A DNA stretch of 64,000 nucleotides from Sminthopsis crassicaudata (Eukaryota): the NCBI RefSeq assembly GCF_048593235.1, contig NC_133618.1, positions 514,743,675-514,807,674 of the forward strand, given 5' to 3'. The first letter of the stretch is position 1. Every line of letters begins with the position of its first letter. Both the position numbers and the translations under genes were made by a program. This document shows, one piece after another, positions 40,001-51,208 of the stretch. A model generated the notes under the pieces. That model saw only the letters and a program-made list of their open reading frames with translations, was not told the DNA's origin and did not search any database.

Positions 40001-41224
40001 ACCTTCTGAACACAAGGTGAGATGAGAATTCTGAATGGCTAATAAAGAAGCAGATTCTCTGATTCTTAGGAAGAAACTTGTATTTTGAACTCTTTACCAT
40101 AGAGGGTTATAAAGTTCCTGAATTTGCTATGTTAGAAATAACTGGAAATGGGGATATACCCTCATTTGACATTTCTGACCCTAGATTTAATATTTTTTCT
40201 TGCCAGGTAGAGGTGGCTGTAGCTCGCCCCCTGGGGGAAATGACTGTTCCTGGGTCACTGTTGCTTCAGCACCTGCTGCACTTCTCAACTCCAGGCCCTG
40301 TGCTTCGAAGTCTGACTTCTATGGAAGGAGCACAGCTTCTGGCGCTAGCTCAAAGTCCTGCTGGTTCCCATGTCTTGGATGCTGTGCTGACTAGCTCTAC
40401 TCTGACCAGAAAACAGCGTCACAGAGTACTACGGCCTCTCAAGGTCAGGCATCCTGCATCCTTCCTTCATTACTCTCCTGGTCCCAATTTCCAGTTTTAG
40501 CACACCAGTTACTTGGCTTTTTTATTGAATTTCTGGCCACTTTCTGTACCGTAAGACAAACCACTTTGTGGACCACTGTTTCTCTCCGGTTCCCTTTTTA
40601 CCTTCCTTACCTGAGTTGTCCTGAGACCTGATTCTTTTTGTTTTTCCCTCCCCAGGGACACTATGTGGCTCTGGCCTGCAGCCGTCATGGCAGTCGAGTG
40701 CTGGATGCCATCTGGAATGAAGCAACTTTGGGAAACCGTAAGGAGATTGCTGCTGAGTTAGGTAAATACTTGAGCTTCTCCTTGATCTTCCTTTTTGTCA
40801 TCCAACACATCTGGACACCTGTGGGAATGGGGTTAAACTGCGGGTGACAAGGGTGGTCTAGATCTGAGGTCTCTAAACTTGCTATTTGCAGCTCAAATTT
40901 CTTTCTCACCTGGATTTCAGGGGTAGTGAAATGTCAATTTCATTCTAGTACTTGTTTCAAAGTGAAAAGGAAAGAAAAGAGGCCTTACCGTAGCCAAGAT
41001 CTTTACTTCAGGCATGGGAGCCTAGCTGTCTGGTGATTTTAATGTTGGAAGTGATTCTTTTCACAGGGGAACAGAACCAGGAGCTGATGAGAGATCCCTT
41101 TGGCCATCATGTGGCCCGAAATGTAGCACTGGGCTCTTTCCTGAAGCGACGACGAGACTGGGAACAGCAGCAAGAGGCAGTAGCTAAGCGGAGAAAAGCC
41201 CTGAGTGCCATACTTGGGGACTGA
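33141..41224 (+). CDS. NOP9: Nucleolar protein 9 (Pumilio/PUF-repeat ribosome biogenesis factor), 10 exons, 618 aa
   Basis: Exons: 33141-33348, 33590-34030, 34178-34288, 34512-34653, 34748-34940, 35080-35220, 39897-40016, 40207-40443, 40656-40761, 41067-41224. All introns are GT-AG, total 1857 nt. Motifs YFRRAL, DTHGSFVVRTLLQVLGG, HPIANFPLQRLLDA and CSRHGSRVLDAIW match recalled NOP9. Lies head-to-head with DHRS1 as in human. Confidence 0.96.
36680..38200 (-). mobile_element. Cluster of L1 3'/ORF2 fragments in NOP9 intron 6
   Basis: Typical antisense marsupial L1 3'UTR and ORF2 C-terminal sequence with T-rich tails. Confidence 0.8.
38200..39350 (-). mobile_element. Ancient L1 endonuclease-region remnant
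   Basis: SSLGHGPWTIEKL resembles the L1 EN motif FSAxHGTFxKIDH. A-rich on the minus strand. Confidence 0.4.
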
Positions 41225-41314
41225 GGCCTTTGGACCTAGGGGGTGAAGCAGTGGTGGGAAGTGGGAATTGGCTTAATTTGACTCCAAAATTCTCATAGTA
41301 AATATTTTTCTATT

Positions 41315-41320
41315 TTTATT
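41315..41320 (-). terminator. Likely CIDEB polyadenylation signal (AATAAA)
   Basis: TTTATT on the plus strand, about 330 nt past the CIDEB stop and only ~90 nt from the NOP9 stop. Confidence 0.65.
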
Positions 41321-41648
41321 GGAAACGATGTTTGTGTCAGATTTTTTTCTCCTCTCCCCTTTTGGGGGGAGGCAGCATTAAAGGGAAAGCAGGAATGGAT
41401 GGAGTTCTTTGGTGGCATAACAGGGAGAACTTATCATTAGGTCGGGGATGCTCAGGGATAAGAATTGATAGGGGATTTAAAATATAGCTCCTTGGTCAGT
41501 GGTGGCTGCAAACTGGGGAGGGGGGATGATGGGATATGGATGTTAGTGGAGAGTATGTCCAGTTTTAACAGTAGGTGCAGATAAAGAAACCAATTCCTCT
41601 CTGTTCCATGCTAAATACATCTTCTAGACTGAGGATGGGGCAGAGTAC

Positions 41649-44600
41649 TTAGTAGGCATGGAGCCGGCGTTGGCGCTGCCACTGCTCAGCACCTTCCACT
41701 ACGTGTCGAAGGGTAGACGCAACACCCAGGAGCATGTTTCCCAGGCCCTGCAGGAGCTTGGATGTCCACCGCAAAAGCTCTCTAAATAAAGAAGTTAAAG
41801 AAAGGAAGTCAGAGGGGTGGGGGACAGGAGAGGTGGTGCCCTGGCCAATCTTAGGGTAAGAAAGGTCCAGAGTATTGTTTACTGACCTGAGCACCTTCTT
41901 GGGACCAAGTCCTTGAAAATCACAGCTCATGGAGTAGAGCCCATAAAACGTGGCCTTGACATTGAGGCTGCCAAAGAGGTCCCGGGGGTTCTGCTTATAC
42001 ACGTCAAATGTGATGCTGGCAATGTCCTTGCTGTGCTTTGGCTTCTCCCGGCCCAGACCATAGGAAAGCATCCCACTCTAGAAGAGGACATTGTGATTAA
42101 TAAAGCCTGATCAACAGCCCTGGTCTGGAGTGCAATCTTTTGACCTTCACTATGGGGGCCCTTTCAGATAAGCTAGTTCTTCACCAACATTTCCCTCACC
42201 TTCCCCCATCCATACATTGCCTATCTTCCTTATCCACCTCTCTTTCTTTAGGCCATTCCCCTGGGATTCCTTTTAGGTTAAAGTAGCAGACAGTAGACTG
42301 TCTCATTAGGGACTAGACTGGGCAAGATGGCGGGAATGTAGGATCCTTGTGTGCAGTACTCACTCTGATGGGGCTCCAGGTCTGTCCTGCCTCCAGGACC
42401 ATCAGACTTGTATCATCCTCCAGCATCTGGAAGAATTCTTCACTCTCCACGCATGTCCCATCCTCCTCTAGCACTAGTGTTAGCACTCCGCTCAGTAGCA
42501 AGGTTTCCAGTGCCTACCCGTAAAATTGATAGAAAGCAGATGCCATCAGGCACACTTTTCTCTTCAGCATAAAACCTATTGTCCAGTCTCTTCTTTCCCC
42601 ATCCTGAATCCCATCCAGCCTGCTACTATTTTTTCTCTCCCTGCTTTGTCCTTTTTCCATGCTACTCCTTTCTTTGGCTTCCTGAGCCATCCTGAAGGCA
42701 CACTTTCCCCTCCTGGAGCTCCCTCCTTTATCTCTTCCATCTACTCTTCTATGGTTCTTTCTACCTCTCCCCTGCAAAGGCCCCCCCAAAAAGTATTCTA
42801 GAATCAGTAGTATTCTCTTACCAACAAGAACATGGACATTTTCCTGGCTTCCCTGCTTTTGTCACAACTATAGACATTTACTCTCCTACCACACCTGCAC
42901 TGTTATCTCGAAGTCTGATCAGTTCCTTTATAGCACAGGAGTCAAATATGAAGTCTGCTGGCTACGGTACTCCTGAGGGCTGCCCAAACCAGATTAAAAT
43001 GTCATTGGGAAAGAGCTAACAAAATAATAATACAATAGAACATAATGTTAATATAGGATTTCTAAATCTGTAGATGAACAGCATGAATCCTTATTACTCA
43101 GGACTGATTTAGTGACCCCTCCTTTTATTTGAGTTTTATACCACGGCTCTAGAGGTTTCCTTGTCTGTTTTCCTGCAGATGAGTATGACATGGATAGTTA
43201 GCATGAAAGACAGAGTCAGGAAGACCTGAATTCAAATTCTGGCCTCAGTTTCCCCTCTATGAGTTGGAGGAAATGACAAACCACCACAATATCTTTTCCA
43301 AGAAAACCCCAAACGAGCTCATAAAGACTTGGAAATGACTGAACAACAACAGGCATGATAGTCCCTAATTGAGTGTGGAGAGGCAACATCATATAGTGGA
43401 AGAGATGTTGGTTGAGAAATTGAGATTCAAGTTTAAACTGTCCCTTGATAATTACATAACTCTGGACAAGTAACAACTGTTCTAATTTCTGTTTCTTCAC
43501 CTATAAAGTAAGGATGAGCTCTGATACCTTTTTCAGCTCTAAATCTATGGTATTTGTGCCTCTTACTTTAAGCTTCCCTTTGCAACCTGGGCTTCCAACC
43601 TTGTTACTCAACTGAAATCTCTCCAAAGTTGCCCAACTTCTTCTCTCTCTGACCTCATCAGCTCCCATGTGTTTAATTATCTTAACTGTGCAACTGATTC
43701 ACAGGTTATCCAAAAACGCAGCTTCTCTTGACCTTCAGTCCCACATCACCAATTGCCATTTCAAATTTGATGTCCCATAGACATTTGGAACCCAACATAG
43801 AATTCATTATCTTTCCTCCATTTAATCCCCACAGACTTACTTTTCTTACCAGATTTTCCTATTTCCGCTAAGTCTTCTAACCAGTCTTCACCAGTCTTAT
43901 AACTTTGGCATTAACTTTGACTCATTCTCCCTCACCCTACATGTTCAGACAGCTGCCAAATCTTGTTATTTCTATCTCAACACTTCTCGTATCCATCTCT
44001 TCACTCCTTATACCTTAATTTAGGCCCACATCACCTGTCTGTTGGACTATAACAGACTCCTAATGTATCATCTTGTCTCAAGTTTCTCCTTCCTCTAATT
44101 TGTCTTCTGTACAGATGACAAGAGTATTTTTAAAATACAAATCAGACTATGTTACTTCCCTACTCAATAAACTTCAATGACTCCCTACTGCTTCTCGGAT
44201 AAAATATGAATGCCCCCATTTCACTAAAAACTTCGTACCAATATGCTGGGGTTGCACTATTTTAGTTTGAGTTAAAATCTCTCATAAGAGCTAAGGTACG
44301 ATAACCAGGGGAAGGAAATGGGAAGGAAAATGAGATAATACTTCTTTTAAAATACTTTAAAGATCCCAGCCTATTCAGTCTCACTATACATTATTCCCCT
44401 TTCCTACTCTTCAGAGTCCAGCCAAAATGGATTTCTTAGTTCCTTAGTACAATCAATCTCAGGTCATTTTCCATGCCAGCAATGCAACTCCTCTTTACTT
44501 TGACTTTAAGACTCAGATCAAGCTTCTACATGAAGCCTTTCCTAATCCCATCTTGTGACTTCCCTACCCTGTATTTAGCTGTTTTATATTTATTGTATAT

Positions 44601-45831
44601 TTATTCTGTATTCTTAGGTATGTATGTGTTTCTCTCTTCCCTCCCTGCCTCCCCCCCAATATTTCAGCAGTGCCTGGCACATAATTGCTTAATAAATGCT
44701 GATTTTTGGATTGATTCTTAAACTTAAGGTAAGAAGTCTGTGATCTCCCTTGCCAGTGTTTCATACCCCACACTTTCACACTGACTTTTTAACATCTTTT
44801 AAATTCTACTTTTATTAATATATTTTTCTACTTTCAGTTTTATTGACATTTTGTTTATATATCACATATAATTAAAGATTATTCCTGATTTGAGGTAAAA
44901 CTAATAATATAGTGAAAGTTGAAAGTTTATACATTTCACATCTATAGCATCCCTCCCTACCTTTCTATTAAAAAAAGAATAACAAATCTATCTTCTCTCC
45001 TTGCTACTTCCCACTCCACTGGGAGTAAAAAAGCAACTTTCTTGTCACAAATATACATTATCTTGTAAAACAAACTCCCAATAGCTATACATAAGATGTC
45101 TGTATCTCATCTCATATCCTAAATCCATCAAATCCGAATCCTTTTTACTGTACTATCTCATGTTCGCACCATTCTCTGTCTAAAGGACCCAGAATTATAG
45201 GTATGACAGATATGCAGTTGCCACTCACTTTTTCTAGCAGTTCTTCACGGGTGGCAGCAGTCAGACCTTTTCTAGTAGTTCGTTTATGGTCACAGACCCG
45301 GAAAGGACGCTGTGGTGGTGGAGCAGATGCCCAGACTCGACGACTAAACTCGGAACCCACACTGGATACTGACCTGGGTGTTGGGGGGAAATGTCAGAAG
45401 TGATTAGCACAGAGCACATTAACTAGGGCCACAGTATTGGGAGAAAACAGGTTGGAGGAAACGGGCAAGCAGGAGAGATGGTTCTAAGATAGGCTTAGAA
45501 AAGAAAAGATGGAAATATCAGTGGGTGGATGGACAACTTGAGGGGATAAGTGAGGGGAGAGCAAAACCACTACAGAACTGTGAGTGAGAAGAGGTGGTGC
45601 TGAGTGGAGAGACCCTCTTAAATGTGTCATGGATGGCATAAATTGGGTGGTGTACCCAGGGGCATAGAAGAGGGGCTATTTCTGTCTAGCTGTAGTCTAG
45701 CCCATATCCCCATTTGCTTTGTTTGATGTTGGGAGGGAGGTCAGAGAGGAAGGATCATAGGAAAGGACCTACCTGAGCAAGGAAGTAGGGTTCCAAGCTG
45801 AGATATAATCCTTGGCTTTGGTGTATTCCAT
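41649..45831 (-). CDS. CIDEB: Cell death-inducing DFFA-like effector B (lipid-droplet CIDE protein), 5 coding exons, 225 aa
   Basis: Exons (minus): 45773-45831, 45229-45373, 42364-42513, 41887-42077, 41649-41781. All GT-AG, total 678 nt. CIDE-N (RPFRVCDHKR...LVLEEDGT) and CIDE-C (DIASITFDVYKQNPRDLFGSLNVKATFYGLYSMSCDF) domains are present. Start context is a strong Kozak, atcATGG. Confidence 0.96.
43189..43350 (+). mobile_element. MAR1-like SINE
   Basis: CORE fragment plus CCAAGAAAACCCCAAA...GACTGAACAACAAC tail. Confidence 0.7.
43600..44720 (+). mobile_element. L2 fragment with 3' end in CIDEB intron 2
   Basis: Pyrimidine-rich L2 ORF2 3' sequence ending CAGTGCCTGGCACATAATTGCTTAATAAATGCT. Confidence 0.7.
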
Positions 45832-46019
45832 GATCAGGGAGGTGGTGGGTAGCACCACACTCTCCTACAGTTTTCACTAGGGGATTCCTCTCTTGAGAAT
45901 CTGGTTCAGAACTGGTACAGCTGTTGATTTCTGTGACCAGGCCTGGGGTTTAAGCACCAGAAGATGTTTTGGGACATGAGTCAGGGTCGGACTCTGGCCT
46001 CCACGCCTGGACAGGAAGT

Positions 46020-46032
46020 AGGGCAAAGTCCA
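46020..46032. promoter_or_regulatory. HNF4-type DR1 element (AGGGCA A AGTCCA) in the CIDEB proximal promoter
   Basis: Match to the HNF4A-preferred CAAAGTCCA core about 190 bp upstream of the CIDEB ATG. An AP-1 site TGAGTCA is at 45977-45983. Confidence 0.65.
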
Positions 46033-46634
46033 GGAGGGCTGGGACTTGGGGGAAGAGAAAAAAGGAGGGGCCTAGAGAGAGTTGGTGAATGAACCTAGTC
46101 TGGAAGTAATTTCTAGGGATAGCTTTACATTCTTTTCCCTCACCGATAGCCTTTGTTATAGGATTTGCTTCTTTCTGTTGCAAAAGTTAAAAACTACAAT
46201 TTTCAAGTAAAGGGATGGGGAAATGAAGCCTGCAATTTGAGAAGTCTACAGAGTTGGCAATATAAGTTATTTGTTATTAAATTATTTTTCTGTCATGTCT
46301 GAGCTCTGTTTACTTTGTTACCTAGTTGCCCTTAAGATAAATGATAGATAAGTGATAGGTATTTAATGGGAATAGAAAGATTTGTCATTAATGGTCCAGG
46401 GTCCAATTGAAAGTAAAAGCCTGAATGTTTGGTAGAAAGTCAGAAATACCAGATTTTGGGTAATATCAGCCTATCTACAAGAATACTTACTACCTTCTAA
46501 GGCTGCTGGGTATACAAGAAAGACAAAGCCAAGCACTGCTCTCAAAGGGCTCCATTCTAATAGAATAGGCAAACGATTATATGCAATCTATGTAACAGAA
46601 AAAAATCAGAGATAATCTCAGAGAGAAAAACCTA

Positions 46635-46855
46635 GGACAGCTGAGTGGCACAGTGGCTAGAATGCAGGATCTGGAGTCAGGAAGACTTAAAATCTTGAGT
46701 TCAGATATGGGCTCATACACTAGCTGTGTGACCCTGAGAAGTCACTTAGCCCTGTTTGCCTCAGTTTCCTCATTTGTAAAAAAGAAGGAAATGACAAATC
46801 ATTCCTGGTGTCTTTGCTGAGGAAACCTCAAATGAAGTCAGATAGGACACAACAA
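46635..46855 (+). mobile_element. MAR1-like SINE
   Basis: tRNA head, CORE and RTE-type tail. Confidence 0.7.
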
Positions 46856-48859
46856 AAGGGGGGGGGGAACACTGGTGGGGTGGGAGCAGGAAGGGAGAGA
46901 AAGGAAAAGAGAAATTTTTTTGGAGAAGATGGGATTTGAACTGACTCCTGAAGAAAGCCGGACAAGACAGGAGATGGAAAGGAAAATCATACCAGGCATG
47001 TGTAATTCCCCCTAAAATCTCTTCTTCAGGCTCTTGGTTTATTCCCTCTTACTTCCAAACTTTCCATATACTTGGAGTAGATGTCCAGAGACCTAGGTTC
47101 AAATTCTAGCTACTTTGCTTACCACATATGAGCTGTCAATTCACTCAACATTTTCCTGTCCCTGCTTCCTCATTTAGAGCATATAGATATCTCACTGGTT
47201 AAATCTTATAATCTTAGAAAGACCTAGAAATCCTCTCTGTCCACTTCCCTAAGATACTGCATATGCTCTTGATAAATGTTGAATTGAAATATTTTTAATT
47301 TTATTTTGTAAAAGCTTTTTGAAATTTTATTAAATTTTTTATTCTATTAATTTTATCCACAATTTGTCTTATAAATAAGCTAAAAGTTGGGAGTTGAGGG
47401 TGATGGTGGGGTTCTGCAGAATTGAATTTTTAATCTTACATTTTCTTATATAATTGTCAAACCAGACTGCTCACTATCTCATTCCAAGTATTCCCTCTCC
47501 CCTTCCTCTCTACTTTATCTGAATTTTACCCACTCTTAAAAGTTTAATTCAAGTACCACCTCCTCAAAGTCCTTCCCATACTAATCTTTCTTTAGTAGTT
47601 AACACTAGACCAGATAGATGACCTAATTAGGAATTAAGTTTTATTATTTGTTGGCTTAAGTATGCATTGTTTCGCAAATAGATTTTTAAGCTCCTTGAGT
47701 CCCACAGACGGTAACACAAAAAGTTCTTCATGTTAAGGACTCCATAAATATTGGTTGAACAGAACTGAATTGCTTGATTTGACATGAGCCTGACCTGGAG
47801 AATTGGAAGTTGGGAAGCGGGTCACCATCTGGAAACTGGAGGACGACGAAAGGCGAGGGAAGATAGGAGGCCCAAAAGGGAGAATGGCTTTGGATTCCCT
47901 TCTCTGTGTTTTTTCCTTCCCCCATCCCTCCCCACACGGAAGGGAGAAGTAAAAACTAAGGAATGCACAGAGGTTGGTTGGGGGCGGGAAGGGAAATGGA
48001 GGCAGAAACTCGGTCTTTTAAGGGGGAGGCGCTGGGGAGAACTAGGAATGAGGCACTCTATTCACACATCCCAGACCAAGGAAATGTATCTGCACCCCCT
48101 CGGTTCATCCAGTTTCCTGGGGGAGGCGGAGCCCTCTTTTTCACGCCTAGACTTGCGGGAACTCAGGGTAGGGAGGGGCAGCAGGATGGGCTCCGGGATG
48201 AGCTCCACCCGAACTTCCCCAGTTCCCACCTGTCCCAGCCCCAGCCCAGCCCCAGGAACCTGACAGGCTTAGTACCTGACTGGCCACCCTGGGTCACCAT
48301 CTTTCGCTTTTTTCTGGGGTCACCTAGTTTCGCCCCCCAGCATTGTTCTCTCGGCCCGGTGAGTCTCCCAGCCCCCCCTCTCATTCACAGCATAACCCCT
48401 CCTCCCCCCTTCCGTCCTTCCCCAGTAGAGGAGGATTGGGTTAAGAGAGAGCGGGTGAGCGGAGGAGTGGGGAAGGGGTCAAATCGCCTATGACCTGGGA
48501 GTCAAGCTGGGAGAGACAAGATTCGGGTTCTCAGAGGGAGCACAAGTCTCTTGGGCTGGGGAGATGCCCCAAAACTCAGGCGGTGCGGTGGCAGGAAGGG
48601 CGAAGAAGAGAACACCTGGGTTCTAGGAAAGGAAAGAGTGAGGGGTGGGGAACGTGGAGGCTGTGGGCAGGGTTGGTCCTACGGACTGAAGTTACAAAAG
48701 GTGGGAGAGCCCTGAGTTCCGAGAGAGAAGTGCTCCAAGGATAGGAAGGGTGGCACAGTGGCAATGAGAGGCGCCAGGGGAGACGTTTGTCCCAAATCCT
48801 GGCACTCTGAGCTCTACCCTTCAGCCCCCATTTTTTCTACTCCCCCTCCCCTCTCCCAG

Positions 48860-49900
48860 GATGAAGCTGTTCTGCTTCCAGCCCCCGGGCAATGAGACTC
48901 TTCTGAGCTCCCCGGCCTCGAGGGCCACGGGCACTGTGTTCTTGCTGCTGGCTGCCGTGCTAGGGCTGCCCGGCAACGGCTTCGTGGTGTGGAGCCTCGC
49001 GGGCTGGAGGCCGGCGCGGGGAAGGCCCCTGGCGGCCACCCTGGTGCTGCATCTGGCCCTGGCCGACGGCGCGGTCCTGCTGCTCACCCCGCTCTTCGTG
49101 GCTTTTCTGGTCGGTCGGGCGTGGCCCCTGGGCCACACGGGCTGCAAAGCGGTGTACTACGTGTGCGCGGTCAGCATGTACGCCAGCGTGATGCTCACCG
49201 CCCTGCTGAGCCTGCAGCGCTGCCTGGCCGTCACCCGGCCCTTCCTGGCTCCCACCCTGCGCAGCCCGGCGTTAGCCCGACGACTGCTGCTCGGCGTCTG
49301 GTCAGCCGCTCTGCTCCTGGCGCTGCCCGCGGCCACCTACAGACACCTGTGGGGGGAACGCGTGTGCCAGCTGTGCCACCCTTCAGCTGCTGCCGCCGCG
49401 GCCCACCTGGCGTTGGAGACCCTGACGGCTTTCGTGCTGCCCTTCGGCTTGGTACTGGGCTGCTACGGAGTGACTCTGGCCCGCTTGCGGAGCGGGCGCT
49501 GGGGGGCCGGACGCCAGGGCGTGCGCGCAGGCCGTCTGGTGAGTGCCATCGTGCTGGCTTTCGGCTTGCTCTGGGCTCCCTACCACGCCGTCAACTTGCT
49601 GCAAGCAGCGGCCGCCTTGGCACCTTCCGATGGGCCTCTGGCGAGACTCGGAGGGGCAGGCCAGGCGGCCAGGGCCGGGACCACAGCTTTGGCTTTCTTC
49701 AGCTCCAGCGTCAACCCCATTCTCTACGTCTTTGCTGCCGGGGACCTTTTGCCCCGGGCTGGACCTCGATTCCTCACCCGAATCTTCGAAGGCTCAGGGG
49801 AGGCCCGAGGGGAAGGTCGTTCCCATGAAGGAACCATGGAGCTACGGGCTACTAGGCGCTTGGGAGGAGCAGGGCAGGATCAAGGGAATGGGGACCCCGG
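48860..49900. promoter_or_regulatory. Intragenic CpG island coinciding with the LTB4R2 ORF
   Basis: CpGs are dense throughout the ORF, in contrast to the flanks and to the LTB4R ORF. Confidence 0.75.
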
Positions 49901-49940
49901 CGGTGGAGTCCAAGGGATAGGCTCAGATGGCAAAGGCTGA
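48861..49940 (+). CDS. LTB4R2: Leukotriene B4 receptor 2 (BLT2), single coding exon 7TM GPCR, 359 aa
   Basis: The ORF has PPGNETLLS, GLPGNGFVVWSL, LQRC in place of DRY, WAPYH and SVNPILY, all typical of BLT2. A polypyrimidine tract and cag/G acceptor lie immediately before the ATG (AG at 48858-48859). Confidence 0.97.
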   Translation: MKLFCFQPPGNETLLSSPASRATGTVFLLLAAVLGLPGNGFVVWSLAGWRPARGRPLAATLVLHLALADGAVLLLTPLFVAFLVGRAWPLGHTGCKAVYYVCAVSMYASVMLTALLSLQRCLAVTRPFLAPTLRSPALARRLLLGVWSAALLLALPAATYRHLWGERVCQLCHPSAAAAAAHLALETLTAFVLPFGLVLGCYGVTLARLRSGRWGAGRQGVRAGRLVSAIVLAFGLLWAPYHAVNLLQAAAALAPSDGPLARLGGAGQAARAGTTALAFFSSSVNPILYVFAAGDLLPRAGPRFLTRIFEGSGEARGEGRSHEGTMELRATRRLGGAGQDQGNGDPGGGVQGIGSDGKG

Positions 49941-50855
49941 AGTTGCATGCTCCCTTTCCCTCTATTTCTCCAACACTCCTTTCCCTACCAGCTCCCTATC
50001 TGTCTGAACCCAGAATCCAGGGTACTACCCCTCCACCCCCCACACTCCTGCCGACTCCTTGCTGGCCCAGAGAGTTGTGACGAGCAGTTTACTGTGGGAG
50101 TCACTGCAGGCCCACAGAACTCAGGGAGCAGGACTTGTTGTGTTTGGCTTATTTTTATGTATATGCCCAGCTATGCTGACTAAGTGCCAGAGGTGTCAGA
50201 TTTAAATACAGTGAATCCATTTACACAACACTATTCCTGTTGTTTGTGTGTTCTTTCCAGCCAACATAAGAATTCAAGGATATTTTACAGGTCTCTTCTC
50301 CTCCACAACTGTAAAGCTGGGGTTGGATTATCTTAGTTTGGGGAATTCCCTCATAAGAGCTGGGACTAGACAGCCATCTAGGGAGCAATATAGGGAGGTG
50401 CAAGATTATATAAAATCGTGTTAGTTCCCCCAAATTTTGCCCTACCAGGTGGCACATAGGGGATTTCTTTTTTCATTGAATTTTTTTTTCAAGTCAAGAC
50501 CCACCCTTTCTCCTTTCCATTCTCTGCCTCCACCATTGAGAAAACAAGAAAAACAAAGTTCCCTGTTACATAGACATTTATTTTGAATGATTACCCAAAC
50601 GTGAATTGGTCTATTACAAAGATCCCAAAATGCTTCTTGCCACAAAAGCTCCTCCCTTTAATACCAGTATTTGCCTAAACAAGTTGCCACATACATATTG
50701 CCAGCAATGATTACAAGTTAGGATTTTTATAATCTGGAAAGAAAATATACTAGTTGTATCTCATACACACACAAAGAGACAGTAGATGGATAGCCCAGGT
50801 GTTATATTGGTTCCCTGTGATGCTAAAAGAATCTGAGGAAGATTTTCAAAAATGG

Positions 50856-51120
50856 NNNNNNNNNNNNNNNNNNNNNNNNNNNNNNNNNNNNNNNNNNNNN
50901 NNNNNNNNNNNNNNNNNNNNNNNNNNNNNNNNNNNNNNNNNNNNNNNNNNNNNNNNNNNNNNNNNNNNNNNNNNNNNNNNNNNNNNNNNNNNNNNNNNNN
51001 NNNNNNNNNNNNNNNNNNNNNNNNNNNNNNNNNNNNNNNNNNNNNNNNNNNNNNNNNNNNNNNNNNNNNNNNNNNNNNNNNNNNNNNNNNNNNNNNNNNN
51101 NNNNNNNNNNNNNNNNNNNN
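50856..51120. other. Assembly gap (265 N)
   Basis: Run of N characters. Confidence 1.
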
Positions 51121-51208
51121 AGTGTTAAGTGTTTGAGGTCACATTTGAACTCAGGTCCTTCTGACTTTAGGGCTGGTACTTTATCCACTGGGAACTTAGG
51201 TGCTCCCC
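51121..51208 (-). mobile_element. Partial WSINE1-like SINE truncated by the assembly gap
   Basis: The SINE 5' half directly abuts the N run. Confidence 0.75.

Noticed and set aside
47784-48493. 159- and 176-aa ORFs upstream of LTB4R2
   Set aside because: No recognisable homology, compositionally biased, and better explained as promoter/5'UTR sequence.
48989-49828. 279-aa alternative-frame ORF inside LTB4R2 (and antisense ORFs)
   Set aside because: It starts at GTG, not ATG. Long shadow frames are expected in very GC-rich coding DNA, and the peptide is low-complexity Arg/Pro/Gly/Ala with no recognisable domain.
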